DNA from: an uncultured Clostridia bacterium
GTDB taxonomy: Bacteria > Bacillota > Clostridia > Oscillospirales > QAKW01
NCBI GenBank assembly: GCA_944387895.1
Contig: CALXGQ010000006.1
Location: forward strand, 18,123-82,122
Direction: 5' to 3'
DNA: 64,000 nucleotides
The notes under the pieces are model-generated. The model made no database searches and was not told the origin of the DNA. It saw only the letters and a program-made list of their open reading frames with translations. Position numbers and translations under genes: made by a program. This document shows positions 8,653 to 19,058 of the stretch, piece after piece (within the stretch, counting starts at the first letter, position 1; each line of letters starts with the position of its first letter).

Positions 8653-11600
8653 ATGATCACCTGGCTTTTGGGACGGAGCGGCGTTGGGAAAACGCGGGAG
8701 CTGACCGAAAAACTGCCGGAGCTTTCCAAGGGCTACAGCCGCGTCTATTACCTTGTTCCGGAGCAAAGCTCCATGGAGCTGGAGCGTGTGATCAGCCGGG
8801 CGGGACTTTCCAACGTGAAGGTATTGTCCTTCCGCCGGCTGTGCAACGAGATTTTCCGCACCTACGGCGGCGTTGCGGGGAATTATATGAGCAAGTCCCG
8901 GGAAACGGCGCTGATCTACCGGGTGCTGCAGGAACAGCAGAAAAATCTGCGCTATTACCGGAAAGCCCGGCCGACGATGGGGTTTGTGGATCGGTTGGCG
9001 CAGGTTTTTTCGGAGTTTTCCCTGTCCGGCCTGGGGCGGGAGGCTGCCTTTACTGCGCTGGAGCAGAGCGGGCGCCGGAATTGGCAGGAAAAATACGACG
9101 ATCTTTTTCTGCTCTACGAAGCCTATCTGGCGGCGCTGAATCAGGAAAATCGGTCGGCGGCGGAGGATCTTTCCGCCGCGACCGCCCGGGCGCGGGAGCA
9201 GGGCTTCTTTGCCGGGACGGCGGTTTTGATCGACGGCTTTTTCGGGTTCACCGGCCGGCAGCGGGAAATGCTGGAGGTGATGTTCCGCCAGAGCGAATGC
9301 GTATATTGCGCGCTGCTTCTGGATCCGGAGGATCCCGCGCCCCTGTTTGCCCCCGTCAAAGGGGAGCTGGCGGCGCTGGAGCGACTGGCGCGGGCGGCAG
9401 GCGCCCCCTGCAAAAGGGAGGTTCTCCCCGGGCCTTCCCGCCGCCTGCAGCAGGAGGATTTGCGGCGGCTGGAGCGGGATCTGTTTTCCATGACCTCTGC
9501 GCCGATGGAGGAAGCCCGGCACGTCCGGATCCTGGCCGGGCGCAACATCCGGGAGGAGCTTTCGATGGTTGCGGCGGATATCGCCAAGAAGGTGCGGGAA
9601 GAAAATCTTCGCTACCGGGATATTGCGCTGATTGCCGGGGATCTTTCGGAATACGGCCCCGTGGCGGAAACGGTATTCGCCAAATACGGCGTCCCGCTGT
9701 TTGCAGATCGGGGGCGCGCCTCTCTGGGCAAGCCGGTCTTTGCTTTTGTGCAGAGCGCGCTGCGGCTGATCAGCCCGGAGCGGTACTTCCGGCTGGAGGA
9801 TCTCCTGATCTTTTTGAAAACCGGCCTTTGCGGGGAAGATCCGGATCTGGTCAGCAGGCTGGAAAATTATTGTATATTATGGCAGATCCAGGGCGAGCGG
9901 CTGATCCGGGAGGCGGATTGGACCCAGAACCCCGCCGGCCTCTGCGCCCCCGATGAAGAAAGCGCCGCTCTTTTGGCGGAGCTGAACGGGCTGCGCCGGC
10001 GGATCCGGGAGCCGCTGCTGCGGTTCCGGGATAAAGCCGCAGCCGGAACCGGTGCGGCGCTGGCCGAAGGGCTATACGGCCTGCTTTGCGATTTTCAGGT
10101 CGAAAAACAGCTGGAGGCGCTGGCGCAGGCCTATCTGGAGAGCAGCGCCGCCGGCGCCAACGCCTGGGAAACCCAGCAAAATCGGCGCCTGAGCCGGGAA
10201 TATCTGCGTCTATACAGCGTGCTGCTGGATATTCTGGATGATATTTATGCGGTATTCGGATCGGCGCCTCTTTCTCTTTATGCCATGGAGGAGTTGATCG
10301 GCCTATGCGGCGAACAGACGGCGCTGAACGTAACGCCGCCTACGCTGGACGCGGTCGCCCTGGGCGAGGTGGCGCACAGCCGGCTCCATGATATCCGGAT
10401 CCTTTATGTTGTGGGCGCCAATCAGGGGCTGCTGCCCATGCAAACGGCGGATAGCGGACTGATCAGCGACCGGGAACGGCAGTTTTTTGCGGCGCACGGC
10501 CTGCCCTGCAACGCCACCCGCCGTCAGGAAACCCTTCAGGGTCAGCATCGGTTTTATGCGGCGCTTTTTTCCGCCCGGGAGGAGCTGGTCTTTTCCTATA
10601 GCGCCTTTGATATGCGGGGCGAGGCGCTGATTCCGTCCAGCTATCTGGACAGGCTGCAGCGGTTGACCGGGCTGAAGCCGCAGTACCGCTCGGATATGGA
10701 TCTTTATGACTTTGCCGTAACGCCTGCCGGTGCCCGGGAGCTGACCGGCTGGGCGCCGGCGCTGCGGACCGAAATTCTGGCGGAGCTGGGCGAACGTCCG
10801 CTGCCCCCCCGCAATCCGGAAGAACGATTGCCGGAGGAGGTGACCCGCCGGATCTTCGGCAACCGCCTGAAGCTCAGCTACAGCCAAATCAACCTCTATC
10901 AGCAATGCCCTTTCCGGTATTTTATCGATAAAACCATGCGGATCCGCCCCCAGCAGCCCATTACCTTTGATGCCGCCAATATCGGTACCTTTGTCCATTA
11001 CGGTCTGGAACGGCTGATTCGTACCCTCCAACAGGAGAATCATAATTACGATAAGTATACAAAAGAAGAGATTATACTTTTTGGAGATACCGTTGCGCAG
11101 GAATATCGGGAGGAGCAACTGCGGGATATGGATCAAACCAATCGGTTTCAGGCCTTATACCGGCGGATGACGCAGCTGTTTTGCCTGATTGCGGAGAATG
11201 TTCTCGGCGAGCTGCGGGAGGGGGGCTACCGTCCGTATGGGGCGGAGGTTTCGTTGAATGGAACGGTGGTTCGGCTGAAAAACGGCGCGGAAGCGGAGCT
11301 GACGGGCTCCGTGGATCGCGTCGACGTCTACGAAGCGAAGGGGCAGACCTATCTGAAGGTCATCGACTACAAGACCGGGACGAAGAGCTTTACCCTGCAA
11401 GACGTTACCAATATGGACGGCGTCCAACTGCCGATCTATCTGTATGGCCTGATAAAAAGCGGGCGCTGGACGCATCCGGTGCCGGCGGCGGGGTGTTATC
11501 TGGAGGCGAAGCCGCCGGCCTTTAAAAAGCCGGTAAAGGCGGAGGAGCTGCATCGGGAGCTGCGGTGCTATTATCGGCGGGACGGTCTTTTTTCAAAGGA

Positions 11601-11925
11601 CGAAACGGCGCTGGCTGCGCTGGACGCCGAGGGCGGGAGCCGGTATTTCAATATCGACTACACCAAGGACGGCGCACTTTCAAAGAAGAAAACCAATCTT
11701 TATCCGCCGGAGCTGATGAGCGAGATCGTTGAATATATGGAAACGGTGATCCGGGAAACGGCGGAAGGGATCTATGGCGGGAATGTTGCGCCCCGGCCGC
11801 TGAAAGGCAAAAACCATGACGCCTGCCGTTACTGCCAGATGGCCCAGATCTGCCGCTGGACAGAAGAGGGTCCGCGGCGGGTCTATTCGGAGGATCCGTT
11901 TGGCTGGAAGGAGGATCAGGAATGA
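8653..11925 (+). CDS. addB: Helicase-exonuclease AddAB, subunit AddB
   Basis: 1090 aa. N-terminal P-loop GRSGVGKT. C-terminal PD-(D/E)XK nuclease with an Fe-S cysteine cluster (C..F..., then CRYCQMAQIC). Overlaps addA by 4 nt. Confidence 0.9.
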   Translation: MITWLLGRSGVGKTRELTEKLPELSKGYSRVYYLVPEQSSMELERVISRAGLSNVKVLSFRRLCNEIFRTYGGVAGNYMSKSRETALIYRVLQEQQKNLRYYRKARPTMGFVDRLAQVFSEFSLSGLGREAAFTALEQSGRRNWQEKYDDLFLLYEAYLAALNQENRSAAEDLSAATARAREQGFFAGTAVLIDGFFGFTGRQREMLEVMFRQSECVYCALLLDPEDPAPLFAPVKGELAALERLARAAGAPCKREVLPGPSRRLQQEDLRRLERDLFSMTSAPMEEARHVRILAGRNIREELSMVAADIAKKVREENLRYRDIALIAGDLSEYGPVAETVFAKYGVPLFADRGRASLGKPVFAFVQSALRLISPERYFRLEDLLIFLKTGLCGEDPDLVSRLENYCILWQIQGERLIREADWTQNPAGLCAPDEESAALLAELNGLRRRIREPLLRFRDKAAAGTGAALAEGLYGLLCDFQVEKQLEALAQAYLESSAAGANAWETQQNRRLSREYLRLYSVLLDILDDIYAVFGSAPLSLYAMEELIGLCGEQTALNVTPPTLDAVALGEVAHSRLHDIRILYVVGANQGLLPMQTADSGLISDRERQFFAAHGLPCNATRRQETLQGQHRFYAALFSAREELVFSYSAFDMRGEALIPSSYLDRLQRLTGLKPQYRSDMDLYDFAVTPAGARELTGWAPALRTEILAELGERPLPPRNPEERLPEEVTRRIFGNRLKLSYSQINLYQQCPFRYFIDKTMRIRPQQPITFDAANIGTFVHYGLERLIRTLQQENHNYDKYTKEEIILFGDTVAQEYREEQLRDMDQTNRFQALYRRMTQLFCLIAENVLGELREGGYRPYGAEVSLNGTVVRLKNGAEAELTGSVDRVDVYEAKGQTYLKVIDYKTGTKSFTLQDVTNMDGVQLPIYLYGLIKSGRWTHPVPAAGCYLEAKPPAFKKPVKAEELHRELRCYYRRDGLFSKDETALAALDAEGGSRYFNIDYTKDGALSKKKTNLYPPELMSEIVEYMETVIRETAEGIYGGNVAPRPLKGKNHDACRYCQMAQICRWTEEGPRRVYSEDPFGWKEDQE

Positions 11926-14900
11926 GCGGGATAAAGTTTACCGGGCAGCAGCAGCAGGCGATCCGGGGCCGGGGCGACGCGCTTCTGGTTTCCGCCGCCG
12001 CCGGGAGCGGCAAAACGGCCGTGCTGGTGGAGCGGGTGCTGCGGACGCTGGAAAACGGCGGAGATATTCAGCGAATGATCATCATGACCTTTACCGAGGC
12101 GGCCGCGGCGGAGATGAAGCTGAAAATCAAAAAAGCGGTGGAGGAGCTGCTGCAGCGGGAGTACAGCGATCATCTGGCGCGGCAGAGCACGCTGATCGAT
12201 AGCGCGGAGATCGGAACGATCCATAGCGTCTGCCTGAATCTGATCACCCGGAATTTTGAGCGGCTGAATCTGGATCCCCGGAGCCGGCTGCTGGATGAAA
12301 CGGCGGTTCAGGCGATGAACGACGAGGAAACGGAAGCCTATCTGGAGGAGCTTTTCGGCAGCGCCGATCCGGCGATTTGCCGTTTTCTGGAGTGCTTTGC
12401 CTCCGGCAAGGATGAGGAGGGGCTGAAGGAGCTTTTGCTCCGGGGCCTGGACTTTCTGGAAAAGCAGCCCCTGCCGGAGGACTATGTCCGCCGGGCGCTG
12501 GCGCCCTACCGCCGCACAGAACAGGGGTTGTTCGCCTGCTTTTCTGAGGACGGCCTTTACCGGTATCTGAGCCAGCGGCTGGAGGAGCTTTCGGATCAGT
12601 ATACCTTTTTCCTGGAGCGGATGCGGCGTCATCCGTATTTCGGCCGATTCCCCCTGCTGATGGCGTTTCTGGAGGAGGAAAAAACCGCTGTAGCCGGGCT
12701 GGCGGTGCCGCTGAAGAGCCGGAACTACGATGTTTTCCGGGCGGCGGTGCTGGAATTTAAGTTTTCGACCCTGAGCTGGAAAAAGCTGACGGGGGAGCTG
12801 CCGGAGAAGGAAGAAAAGGCACCGCTGGAAAAGGGGCGGGGTTCCATTAAGGAGGGGCTGAAAGCGCTCAGGAGTCGGCTGGAGCGGCCCGAAGGGGAGG
12901 AGCTGGCGCTGCTCCGGGAGCAGGGCGCCCTGCTGGAAACCTATTTCAGTCTCTGCACAGAGCTGAAGACCCGGCTGGAACGCCGGCGCCGCAAAAACGG
13001 CAGCATCACCTATCAGGATATGGAGCAGCTGGCGGTGCGGCTTTTGGTGGAGGCCTACGATCCGGAAACCGACCGCCTGCAGCCAACGGAGCTGGCGCTG
13101 CAGCTGCGGGAGGACTACGACGAGATCATCATCGATGAATTTCAGGATAGCAACCGGGCGCAGGATCTGATCTTCCGCGCGTTGTCCCGGGAGGGGAAAA
13201 ACCTCTTTATGGTGGGAGATCTCAAGCAGAGCATCTATCGGTTCCGCGGCGCGGAGCCGGAGATCTTCAATCAGAAGCGCCAGCAGGCGACGCCGATGGA
13301 GCAGGAGATGCTTTCGGCCCCTGCGGTGCTGGAACTGAACGCAAATTTCCGTTCCCATCCCGGCGTTCTGACCTTTGCCAACCGGGTCTGCGAGGCAATC
13401 ATGCGGCCGGAGCTGGGGGGCGTCTGCTATGATGAGCGGGAGCGGCTTTATCCCGGGCGGAAGTTTGAAAGGCCGGAGGAGCCGCGGGCAGAGCTGCACT
13501 GGCTACAGCCGGAAACAGACGAACAGACCGGGCGGCAGCAGGAAACCGCGGTAACCGCCGCCCGGTACGCGGCCGACCTGATCGAGCGGGCGGTGGCGGA
13601 GAAGCAGGAGCTTTTGCTTCCGGACTGTAAAAAACGGCCGGTGGAGTACCGGGATTTTGCGATTCTGCTGCGCAAGGCCTCCGGCACCGCTTCCGTTTTT
13701 GAGCGGGAGCTTCAAAAACGCGGGATCCCGGTATCCAATCGCAATGAAACCACCAGCTTTTTTGATCTGTTGGAAGTGCAGGGTGTGCTCTCCTATCTGA
13801 TGGTTCTGAATAATCCCTACGACGACGTGGCGCTGGTATCGCTGCTGCACGGTGATTTTTTCCGTTTCACCGCAGGGGAGCTGGCCGCGATCCGTCATCG
13901 CCGCCGCCCGCTTTTTGAGGATCTCTGCGCGGCGGCGGAGGAGGATGAAAAAGCGCGCGCCGCCTGTGCGCAGATCCGGCGCTACCGGCAGCTGGCGCGG
14001 GATCTTTATGTCTACGACCTGCTCTACCGGATCTATCAGGAAAGCGGCATCCTTGCCGCCTATGCGTCGGAGGAGGGGGGCGCGGAGAAGTGCGCCAATC
14101 TGGAGCTGCTGGCGGAGGACGCCCGGATATTTGAGCAGGAGGGCTACCGGGGTCTTTATGCGTTTGTGCAGCATATCCGGATCAGCAGAACGGGCGTTCA
14201 GAGCGGCGCCAAGCTGAAAGCAGAGGAAAACAGCGTCCGGATCATGACGATCCATAAATCCAAGGGTCTGGAATTTCCCATTTGTATTTTGGGGGATTTT
14301 CAGAAAACGATCGAGCTGAAGGACGCCGCAAGCCGGATACTGCTCCATCCCCGGTTCGGCGCAGCGGTCGAGCAGATCAACCCGGAGGTTTACGCCCAAA
14401 GCCGTTCCCTGGCGCAGGAGGTGCTGGCCGATCAGATGATCGAGGACTGCGTCAGCGAGGAGGAGCGCGTGCTGTATGTGGCGCTGACCCGTCCGGTCAG
14501 TAAGACGGTGATCCTGCTCCATATGAGCGAAAAGAAGCTGGAGGGCTATGTCACGGCAGGCGTCGCGCCGGGGGAGGCTCTGCCAACCTGGATGCTGAAG
14601 AAAAGGAACTCCTATGCCGGCTGGCTGGCCGCGCTGCTGGCGGGGCGCAGAGAAGGCGCGGCGCTGCGGAAGCGGTTCGGTCTGCCTGCGGTGGAGGCGC
14701 CGGCGCTGGGGGCGGTCTGGATCGAGGGCGGCAGCGCCGCGCCGATGGAAAAGACCGCGCCGGATCAGAAAAAGGAGGTGTTCGACCGGCCTGCGTTCCG
14801 CGCCCGGCTGGATTGGCAGTATCCCCATCTTTCCGCCGTCCGGCTCCCGGCCAAGCTCTCGGTATCGGAGCTGAAAGGGATCCGCCAGCAGGATGAGGAC

Positions 14901-15461
14901 GCGGAGCCGCTGCTGGAAGAGCGGATCCGCCCGGCAGAACCGCGGTTTTCGGCCCGGTTCCGTCCCCGGGGCAGCGAGCGGGGCAATGCGCTCCATCAGG
15001 CGCTGCAATTCAGCGATTTCGCGCTTCTGCGCCAAAACCCCGAGGAGGAGCTGGCCCGGCTGGTCAGCCGGGGCTTTATTCTGGAAAGCCAGCGGCAGAT
15101 GATCCCGGTGGAGAAAATCCGCCGCTTTACCGAAAGCGCCTGTTTCCGGGAGCTGATGTCCGCCGATTATTATAGTAAGGAGGAGCGCTTTCTCTTCCCC
15201 CTTCCCGCCGCGGATCTTTTCGGCGCCGGGGCGGAGGGCGAGATTTTGATCCAGGGCGTGCTGGATTGTTATAGCGTGCGGGGGGATACCGCCGTGATTC
15301 TGGACTATAAAACCGACCGGGTGGAAACCGGTGCGGAGCTGGCCGGGCGCTATCGGATCCAGCTTGCGCTGTACGAGCAGGCGCTTTTGCGGACGAAGGG
15401 TCTGCGGGTGGTGGATAAGGTGCTGTATAGCTTTTGGCTGGAGGAGGAGATTCGGGTATAA
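11922..15461 (+). CDS. addA: Helicase-exonuclease AddAB, subunit AddA (UvrD-like helicase plus nuclease)
   Basis: 1179 aa. Motifs are VSAAAGSGKT (Walker A), IIIDEFQDSN (DExx), VGDLKQSIYRFRGA, and C-terminal nuclease IQGVLDCY...ILDYKTD. Confidence 0.93.
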   Translation: MSGIKFTGQQQQAIRGRGDALLVSAAAGSGKTAVLVERVLRTLENGGDIQRMIIMTFTEAAAAEMKLKIKKAVEELLQREYSDHLARQSTLIDSAEIGTIHSVCLNLITRNFERLNLDPRSRLLDETAVQAMNDEETEAYLEELFGSADPAICRFLECFASGKDEEGLKELLLRGLDFLEKQPLPEDYVRRALAPYRRTEQGLFACFSEDGLYRYLSQRLEELSDQYTFFLERMRRHPYFGRFPLLMAFLEEEKTAVAGLAVPLKSRNYDVFRAAVLEFKFSTLSWKKLTGELPEKEEKAPLEKGRGSIKEGLKALRSRLERPEGEELALLREQGALLETYFSLCTELKTRLERRRRKNGSITYQDMEQLAVRLLVEAYDPETDRLQPTELALQLREDYDEIIIDEFQDSNRAQDLIFRALSREGKNLFMVGDLKQSIYRFRGAEPEIFNQKRQQATPMEQEMLSAPAVLELNANFRSHPGVLTFANRVCEAIMRPELGGVCYDERERLYPGRKFERPEEPRAELHWLQPETDEQTGRQQETAVTAARYAADLIERAVAEKQELLLPDCKKRPVEYRDFAILLRKASGTASVFERELQKRGIPVSNRNETTSFFDLLEVQGVLSYLMVLNNPYDDVALVSLLHGDFFRFTAGELAAIRHRRRPLFEDLCAAAEEDEKARAACAQIRRYRQLARDLYVYDLLYRIYQESGILAAYASEEGGAEKCANLELLAEDARIFEQEGYRGLYAFVQHIRISRTGVQSGAKLKAEENSVRIMTIHKSKGLEFPICILGDFQKTIELKDAASRILLHPRFGAAVEQINPEVYAQSRSLAQEVLADQMIEDCVSEEERVLYVALTRPVSKTVILLHMSEKKLEGYVTAGVAPGEALPTWMLKKRNSYAGWLAALLAGRREGAALRKRFGLPAVEAPALGAVWIEGGSAAPMEKTAPDQKKEVFDRPAFRARLDWQYPHLSAVRLPAKLSVSELKGIRQQDEDAEPLLEERIRPAEPRFSARFRPRGSERGNALHQALQFSDFALLRQNPEEELARLVSRGFILESQRQMIPVEKIRRFTESACFRELMSADYYSKEERFLFPLPAADLFGAGAEGEILIQGVLDCYSVRGDTAVILDYKTDRVETGAELAGRYRIQLALYEQALLRTKGLRVVDKVLYSFWLEEEIRV

Positions 15462-15515
15462 GAGGTCGGATTTTCGCAATATAGGGGTCGATTTTGCTGC
15501 TTTTCAAAAAAAGGA

Positions 15516-15543
15516 TTGACGGCAGGGCGGAAAGGATTAAAAT
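15516..15543 (+). promoter_or_regulatory. Putative sigma-A promoter for rhaAD (TTGACG-16-TAAAAT)
   Basis: -35 at 15516-15521 and -10 at 15538-15543, about 27 nt upstream of the rhaA start. Confidence 0.4.
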
Positions 15544-15569
15544 AAAATCAAAAACGGAAGGAGCATACC

Positions 15570-16814
15570 ATGGAACGATACGAATCGGCAAAGGAACAAT
15601 ATGGAAAAATCGGCGTAGACGTGGAAAAGGCGATGGAAATCTTAAAGACGGTTCCCATCAGCATCCATTGCTGGCAGGGCGACGACGTAACCGGCTTTGA
15701 AAACGCGGGGGAAGCGCTCACCGGCGGCATACAGGCGACGGGGAATTATCCCGGCAAGGCCCGTTCCCCGGAGGAGCTGATGGCGGATCTGGATCTGGCG
15801 CTGAGCCTGATCCCGGGCAGGAAAAAGATCAACCTGCACGCCAGCTACGCCATATTTGAGGGTGCAAAGGCAGATCGCGACGCGCTGAAGCCGGAGCATT
15901 TCAAAGGCTGGGTGGAGTATGCCAAAAGCCGGGGCGTGGGGCTGGATTTCAATCCGACCTATTTCAGCCATCCCAAGGCGGCGGACGGGCTGACCCTCAG
16001 CCATCCGGATCCTGAAATCCGCGCCTTCTGGGTGCGCCACGGCATTGCCTCCCGCCGGATCGCGGCCTATTTTGCGGCGGAGCTGGGGGAGGAGTGCGTG
16101 TGCAATAGCTGGATCCCCGACGGGTATAAGGACATCCCGGCCGACCGGCTGGGGCCCCGCCTGCGGCTGAAGGACAGCCTGGATCAGATTTTTGCCGAAA
16201 AGCTGCCCGGCGTGATCGACTGCGTGGAGAGCAAGGTATTCGGCATCGGCGTGGAGGCCTATACGGTGGGCTCCTCCGAGTTTTATCTTTCCTATGCCGC
16301 CTCCCATCCCGGCGTTTATAATCTGCTGGACAACGGCCATTACCACCCCACCGAGGTGGTCAGCGATAAGATCCCCGCGCTGCTGGCGTTTTTTGATAAG
16401 CTGCCCCTTCATGTGACCCGTCCCATGCGCTGGGATAGCGATCATGTGGTGCTGCTGGAGGACGAGCTGAAGGAGATCGCCCGGGAGATCGTCCGTTGCG
16501 ACGGTCTGGATAAGGTAAAGATCGGGCTGGACTATTTTGATGCGTCCATCAACCGGATCGCCGCCTGGGTGGTGGGCACCCGCAATATGCAGAAGGCGCT
16601 GCTTTCCGCGCTGCTGGAGCCGGCCGGGCAGTTCAGAGCTTTGCAGGACGAAGGGGATTTCACCCGTCTGATGGCGGAGCGGGAGGCGCTGAAGCTATAT
16701 CCCTTCGGCGACGTCTGGGAAGAGTACTGCGGCCGGGAAAAGGTGCCGGGCGAAGGCGCCTGGTTCGCCCAGGTCATGCAATATGAAAAAGATATTTTGA
16801 GTAAGAGAGGATGA
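15570..16814 (+). CDS. rhaA: L-rhamnose isomerase
   Basis: 414 aa with a GGAAGGAG RBS. The N-terminus ...[34 protein letters not shown] and the overall length match RhaA. Confidence 0.88.
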   Translation: MERYESAKEQYGKIGVDVEKAMEILKTVPISIHCWQGDDVTGFENAGEALTGGIQATGNYPGKARSPEELMADLDLALSLIPGRKKINLHASYAIFEGAKADRDALKPEHFKGWVEYAKSRGVGLDFNPTYFSHPKAADGLTLSHPDPEIRAFWVRHGIASRRIAAYFAAELGEECVCNSWIPDGYKDIPADRLGPRLRLKDSLDQIFAEKLPGVIDCVESKVFGIGVEAYTVGSSEFYLSYAASHPGVYNLLDNGHYHPTEVVSDKIPALLAFFDKLPLHVTRPMRWDSDHVVLLEDELKEIAREIVRCDGLDKVKIGLDYFDASINRIAAWVVGTRNMQKALLSALLEPAGQFRALQDEGDFTRLMAEREALKLYPFGDVWEEYCGREKVPGEGAWFAQVMQYEKDILSKRG

Positions 16815-17638
16815 AGAAGGTGAACGTTTTGGATCAGGAATTTATGCAGGGTTTTATCCATATGGCCAACGACGGCTGGGAGCAGAGATGGCATGAGCGC
16901 AACGGCGGGAATCTCACCTACCGCATGAAAGAGGAAGAGGTGGAGGCCTGCAAGGCGGCGTTTACATACGACCAGCCGTGGACGGACCTGGGCATCACCG
17001 CCGCCAATCTGGCGGGCGCCTATTTTGTGGCGACCGGGAGCGGGAAATACTTTCAGAATATCCTTTCAAAGCCGGAAGAGAGTCTCTGCATCGCCCGGCT
17101 CAACGAAAAGGGCGATGCCTTTCAGGTCGTTTGGGGGCTGACCGCCGGCGGCCGGCCGACCAGCGAGTTTCCCAGCCATGTGATGAACCATTCCGTCAAA
17201 ACGGCGATCGATCCCTCCTATCGCGTGATCTATCATGCGCATCCGGCCAATGTGATCGCGCTGACCTTTGTTCTGCCGCTGACCGATCGGGATTTCACGC
17301 TGGCGCTCTGGGAGAGCATGACCGAATGTCCGGTGGTGTTTCCTGCCGGCGTAGGCGTAGTGCCCTGGATGGTGCCCGGCGGCTCCGATGTCGCCCGCGC
17401 GACCTCTGCGCTGATGAAGAAATACGACGTGGCGATCTGGGCGCATCACGGCCTTTTCTGCGCCGGCCCGGATTTCGATAGTACCTTCGGCCTGATGCAC
17501 ACGGTGGAAAAGGCCGCCGAGATTCGCGTCAAAGTCCTCAGCTGCGGCATGGGCATCCGCCAGACCATCACGGCGGAAGATTTCCGGGCGGTAGCCGAGG
17601 CGTTTCAGCTCACGCTGAATGAAGAGATGCTGAAATAA
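16811..17638 (+). CDS. rhaD: Rhamnulose-1-phosphate aldolase
   Basis: 275 aa. ...[18 protein letters not shown]... and a class II aldolase core (HAHP...). Overlaps the rhaA stop. A GTG at 16820 is an alternative start. Confidence 0.85.
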   Translation: MKKVNVLDQEFMQGFIHMANDGWEQRWHERNGGNLTYRMKEEEVEACKAAFTYDQPWTDLGITAANLAGAYFVATGSGKYFQNILSKPEESLCIARLNEKGDAFQVVWGLTAGGRPTSEFPSHVMNHSVKTAIDPSYRVIYHAHPANVIALTFVLPLTDRDFTLALWESMTECPVVFPAGVGVVPWMVPGGSDVARATSALMKKYDVAIWAHHGLFCAGPDFDSTFGLMHTVEKAAEIRVKVLSCGMGIRQTITAEDFRAVAEAFQLTLNEEMLK

Positions 17639-17645
17639 GAAAAAG

Positions 17646-17676
17646 AACCAGACCTTTCAGAAGGTCTGGTTTTTCA
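17646..17676 (+). terminator. Rho-independent terminator after rhaD
   Basis: Stem AACCAGACCTT / AAGGTCTGGTT, loop TCAG, then TTTTC. Confidence 0.8.
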
Positions 17677-17754
17677 TTTTGCAGTAAAGGCCGCCCGGAA
17701 TCGGCGGCGCTTTTGACAAATTCGGAAAATTTTTGCAAATTCGCAAAATAGGGT

Positions 17755-17783
17755 TTTACAAAGCGGCGGAGATATAGTAAAAT
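17755..17783 (+). promoter_or_regulatory. Putative sigma-A promoter for prs (TTTACA-17-TAAAAT)
   Basis: -35 at 17755-17760 and -10 at 17778-17783. Confidence 0.4.
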
Positions 17784-17821
17784 AAAAATAAAGACGACGG
17801 TAATAAGAGGAGGATTTGAAA

Positions 17822-19003
17822 ATGGCGGATTACTTGGAGGATTTGATCAATATTCCTGTGGGGCCTCTCGGGCTGATCGTGATGCCCGGCTGCGAGGAGA
17901 TTGGCAGCAGAATCGATCACTATCTGGTCAAATGGCGCAGGGAGCGGGAGAACGAGCATAAAGAAACCATTCCCTTCCGGGGCTATGAGCGCGGCTCCTA
18001 CCTGATCGAGATCGTCTGCCCCCGGTTCGGCAGCGGCGAGGCCAAAGGAATGATCAAGCGTTCGGTAAGAGGCCTGGATCTCTATATCGTCTGCGATGTG
18101 TTCAACTACGGGGTGGAATATAAAATGTACGGCCGGAGCGTCCCCATGAGTCCCGATGATCACTATGCCGATCTGAAACGGATCATCGCGGCGTCGGCGG
18201 GCAAGGCGAAGCGGATCAGCGTCATCATGCCGATGCTTTATGAAGGGCGTCAGCACCGCCGGAGCAGCCGGGAATCCCTGGACTGCGCCATGGCGCTGCA
18301 GGAGCTGGTGGCGATGGGGGTATCCAATATCATCACCTTTGACGCCCACGATCCCCGGGTGCAGAACGCGATCCCAGCCCATGGCTTTGATAACGTGATG
18401 CCCACCTATCAGATGATCAAGGCGCTGGTCAATAACGTGCCGGATATCGAGTTTGATCCCGATCATCTGATGATCATCAGCCCGGATGAGGGCGCCATGG
18501 CGCGGGGCATTTATTTTTCATCTGTTTTGGGCGTGGATCTGGGCATGTTTTATAAGCGGCGGGACTACAGCCGGGTGGTCAACGGGCGGAATCCCATCGT
18601 TGCCCATGAATATCTGGGTTCCGACGTAGCCGGAAAGGATCTGATCATCGTCGACGATATGATTTCCTCCGGCGATAGCGTTTTGGATCTGGGGAAAAAG
18701 CTCAAGGAGCTCAAGGCGCGCAATATCTATGTCTGCACTACCTTCGGGCTGTTCTGCAACGGCCTGGAGCATTTCGATCAGGCGGTAGCCGACGGATATA
18801 TCACCAAGGTATTTACCACAAACGGCATCTATGCCACGCCGGAGCTGCTTTCCCGGCCGTGGTACTGCCCGGTGGATCTTTCCAAGTATATCGCCTATGT
18901 GTTGGATACACTGAACCACGACGCGTCGATCAGCAGCCTGCTGGAGCCCACCAGCAAGATCAACGCGTTGCTGATCAAAAAGGGCAAAAGAAAAGCGCAG
19001 TAA
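17822..19003 (+). CDS. prs: Ribose-phosphate pyrophosphokinase family protein (long form)
   Basis: FDAHDPRVQNA and the PRPP-binding loop DLIIVDDMISSGDS. GAGGAGG lies 8 nt upstream of the ATG at 17822. The TTG at 17816 is too close to the RBS. Confidence 0.8.
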   Translation: MADYLEDLINIPVGPLGLIVMPGCEEIGSRIDHYLVKWRRERENEHKETIPFRGYERGSYLIEIVCPRFGSGEAKGMIKRSVRGLDLYIVCDVFNYGVEYKMYGRSVPMSPDDHYADLKRIIAASAGKAKRISVIMPMLYEGRQHRRSSRESLDCAMALQELVAMGVSNIITFDAHDPRVQNAIPAHGFDNVMPTYQMIKALVNNVPDIEFDPDHLMIISPDEGAMARGIYFSSVLGVDLGMFYKRRDYSRVVNGRNPIVAHEYLGSDVAGKDLIIVDDMISSGDSVLDLGKKLKELKARNIYVCTTFGLFCNGLEHFDQAVADGYITKVFTTNGIYATPELLSRPWYCPVDLSKYIAYVLDTLNHDASISSLLEPTSKINALLIKKGKRKAQ

Positions 19004-19017
19004 AAGAAAAACGCAAT

Positions 19018-19058
19018 AAAATCCCCGTGGCGCCTTAGCGCCGCGGGGATTCTTTTTC
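19018..19058 (+). terminator. Terminator after prs; overlaps the 3' end of the convergent MFS gene
   Basis: Stem AATCCCCGTGGCGC / GCGCCGCGGGGATT followed by CTTTTT. Confidence 0.65.

Noticed and set aside
8653-15461. AddAB as part of a defence island
   Set aside because: AddAB is the housekeeping RecBCD analogue of Firmicutes. The neighbours are rnj and rhamnose genes, not defence genes.
6285-15479. Long minus-strand ORFs opposite rnj, addB and addA (6285-8003, 8551-9522, 10303-11136, 11916-13499, 13503-15479)
   Set aside because: They overlap confidently identified plus-strand genes. Their products are R/P/G/Q-rich with no motifs. They are antisense artefacts.
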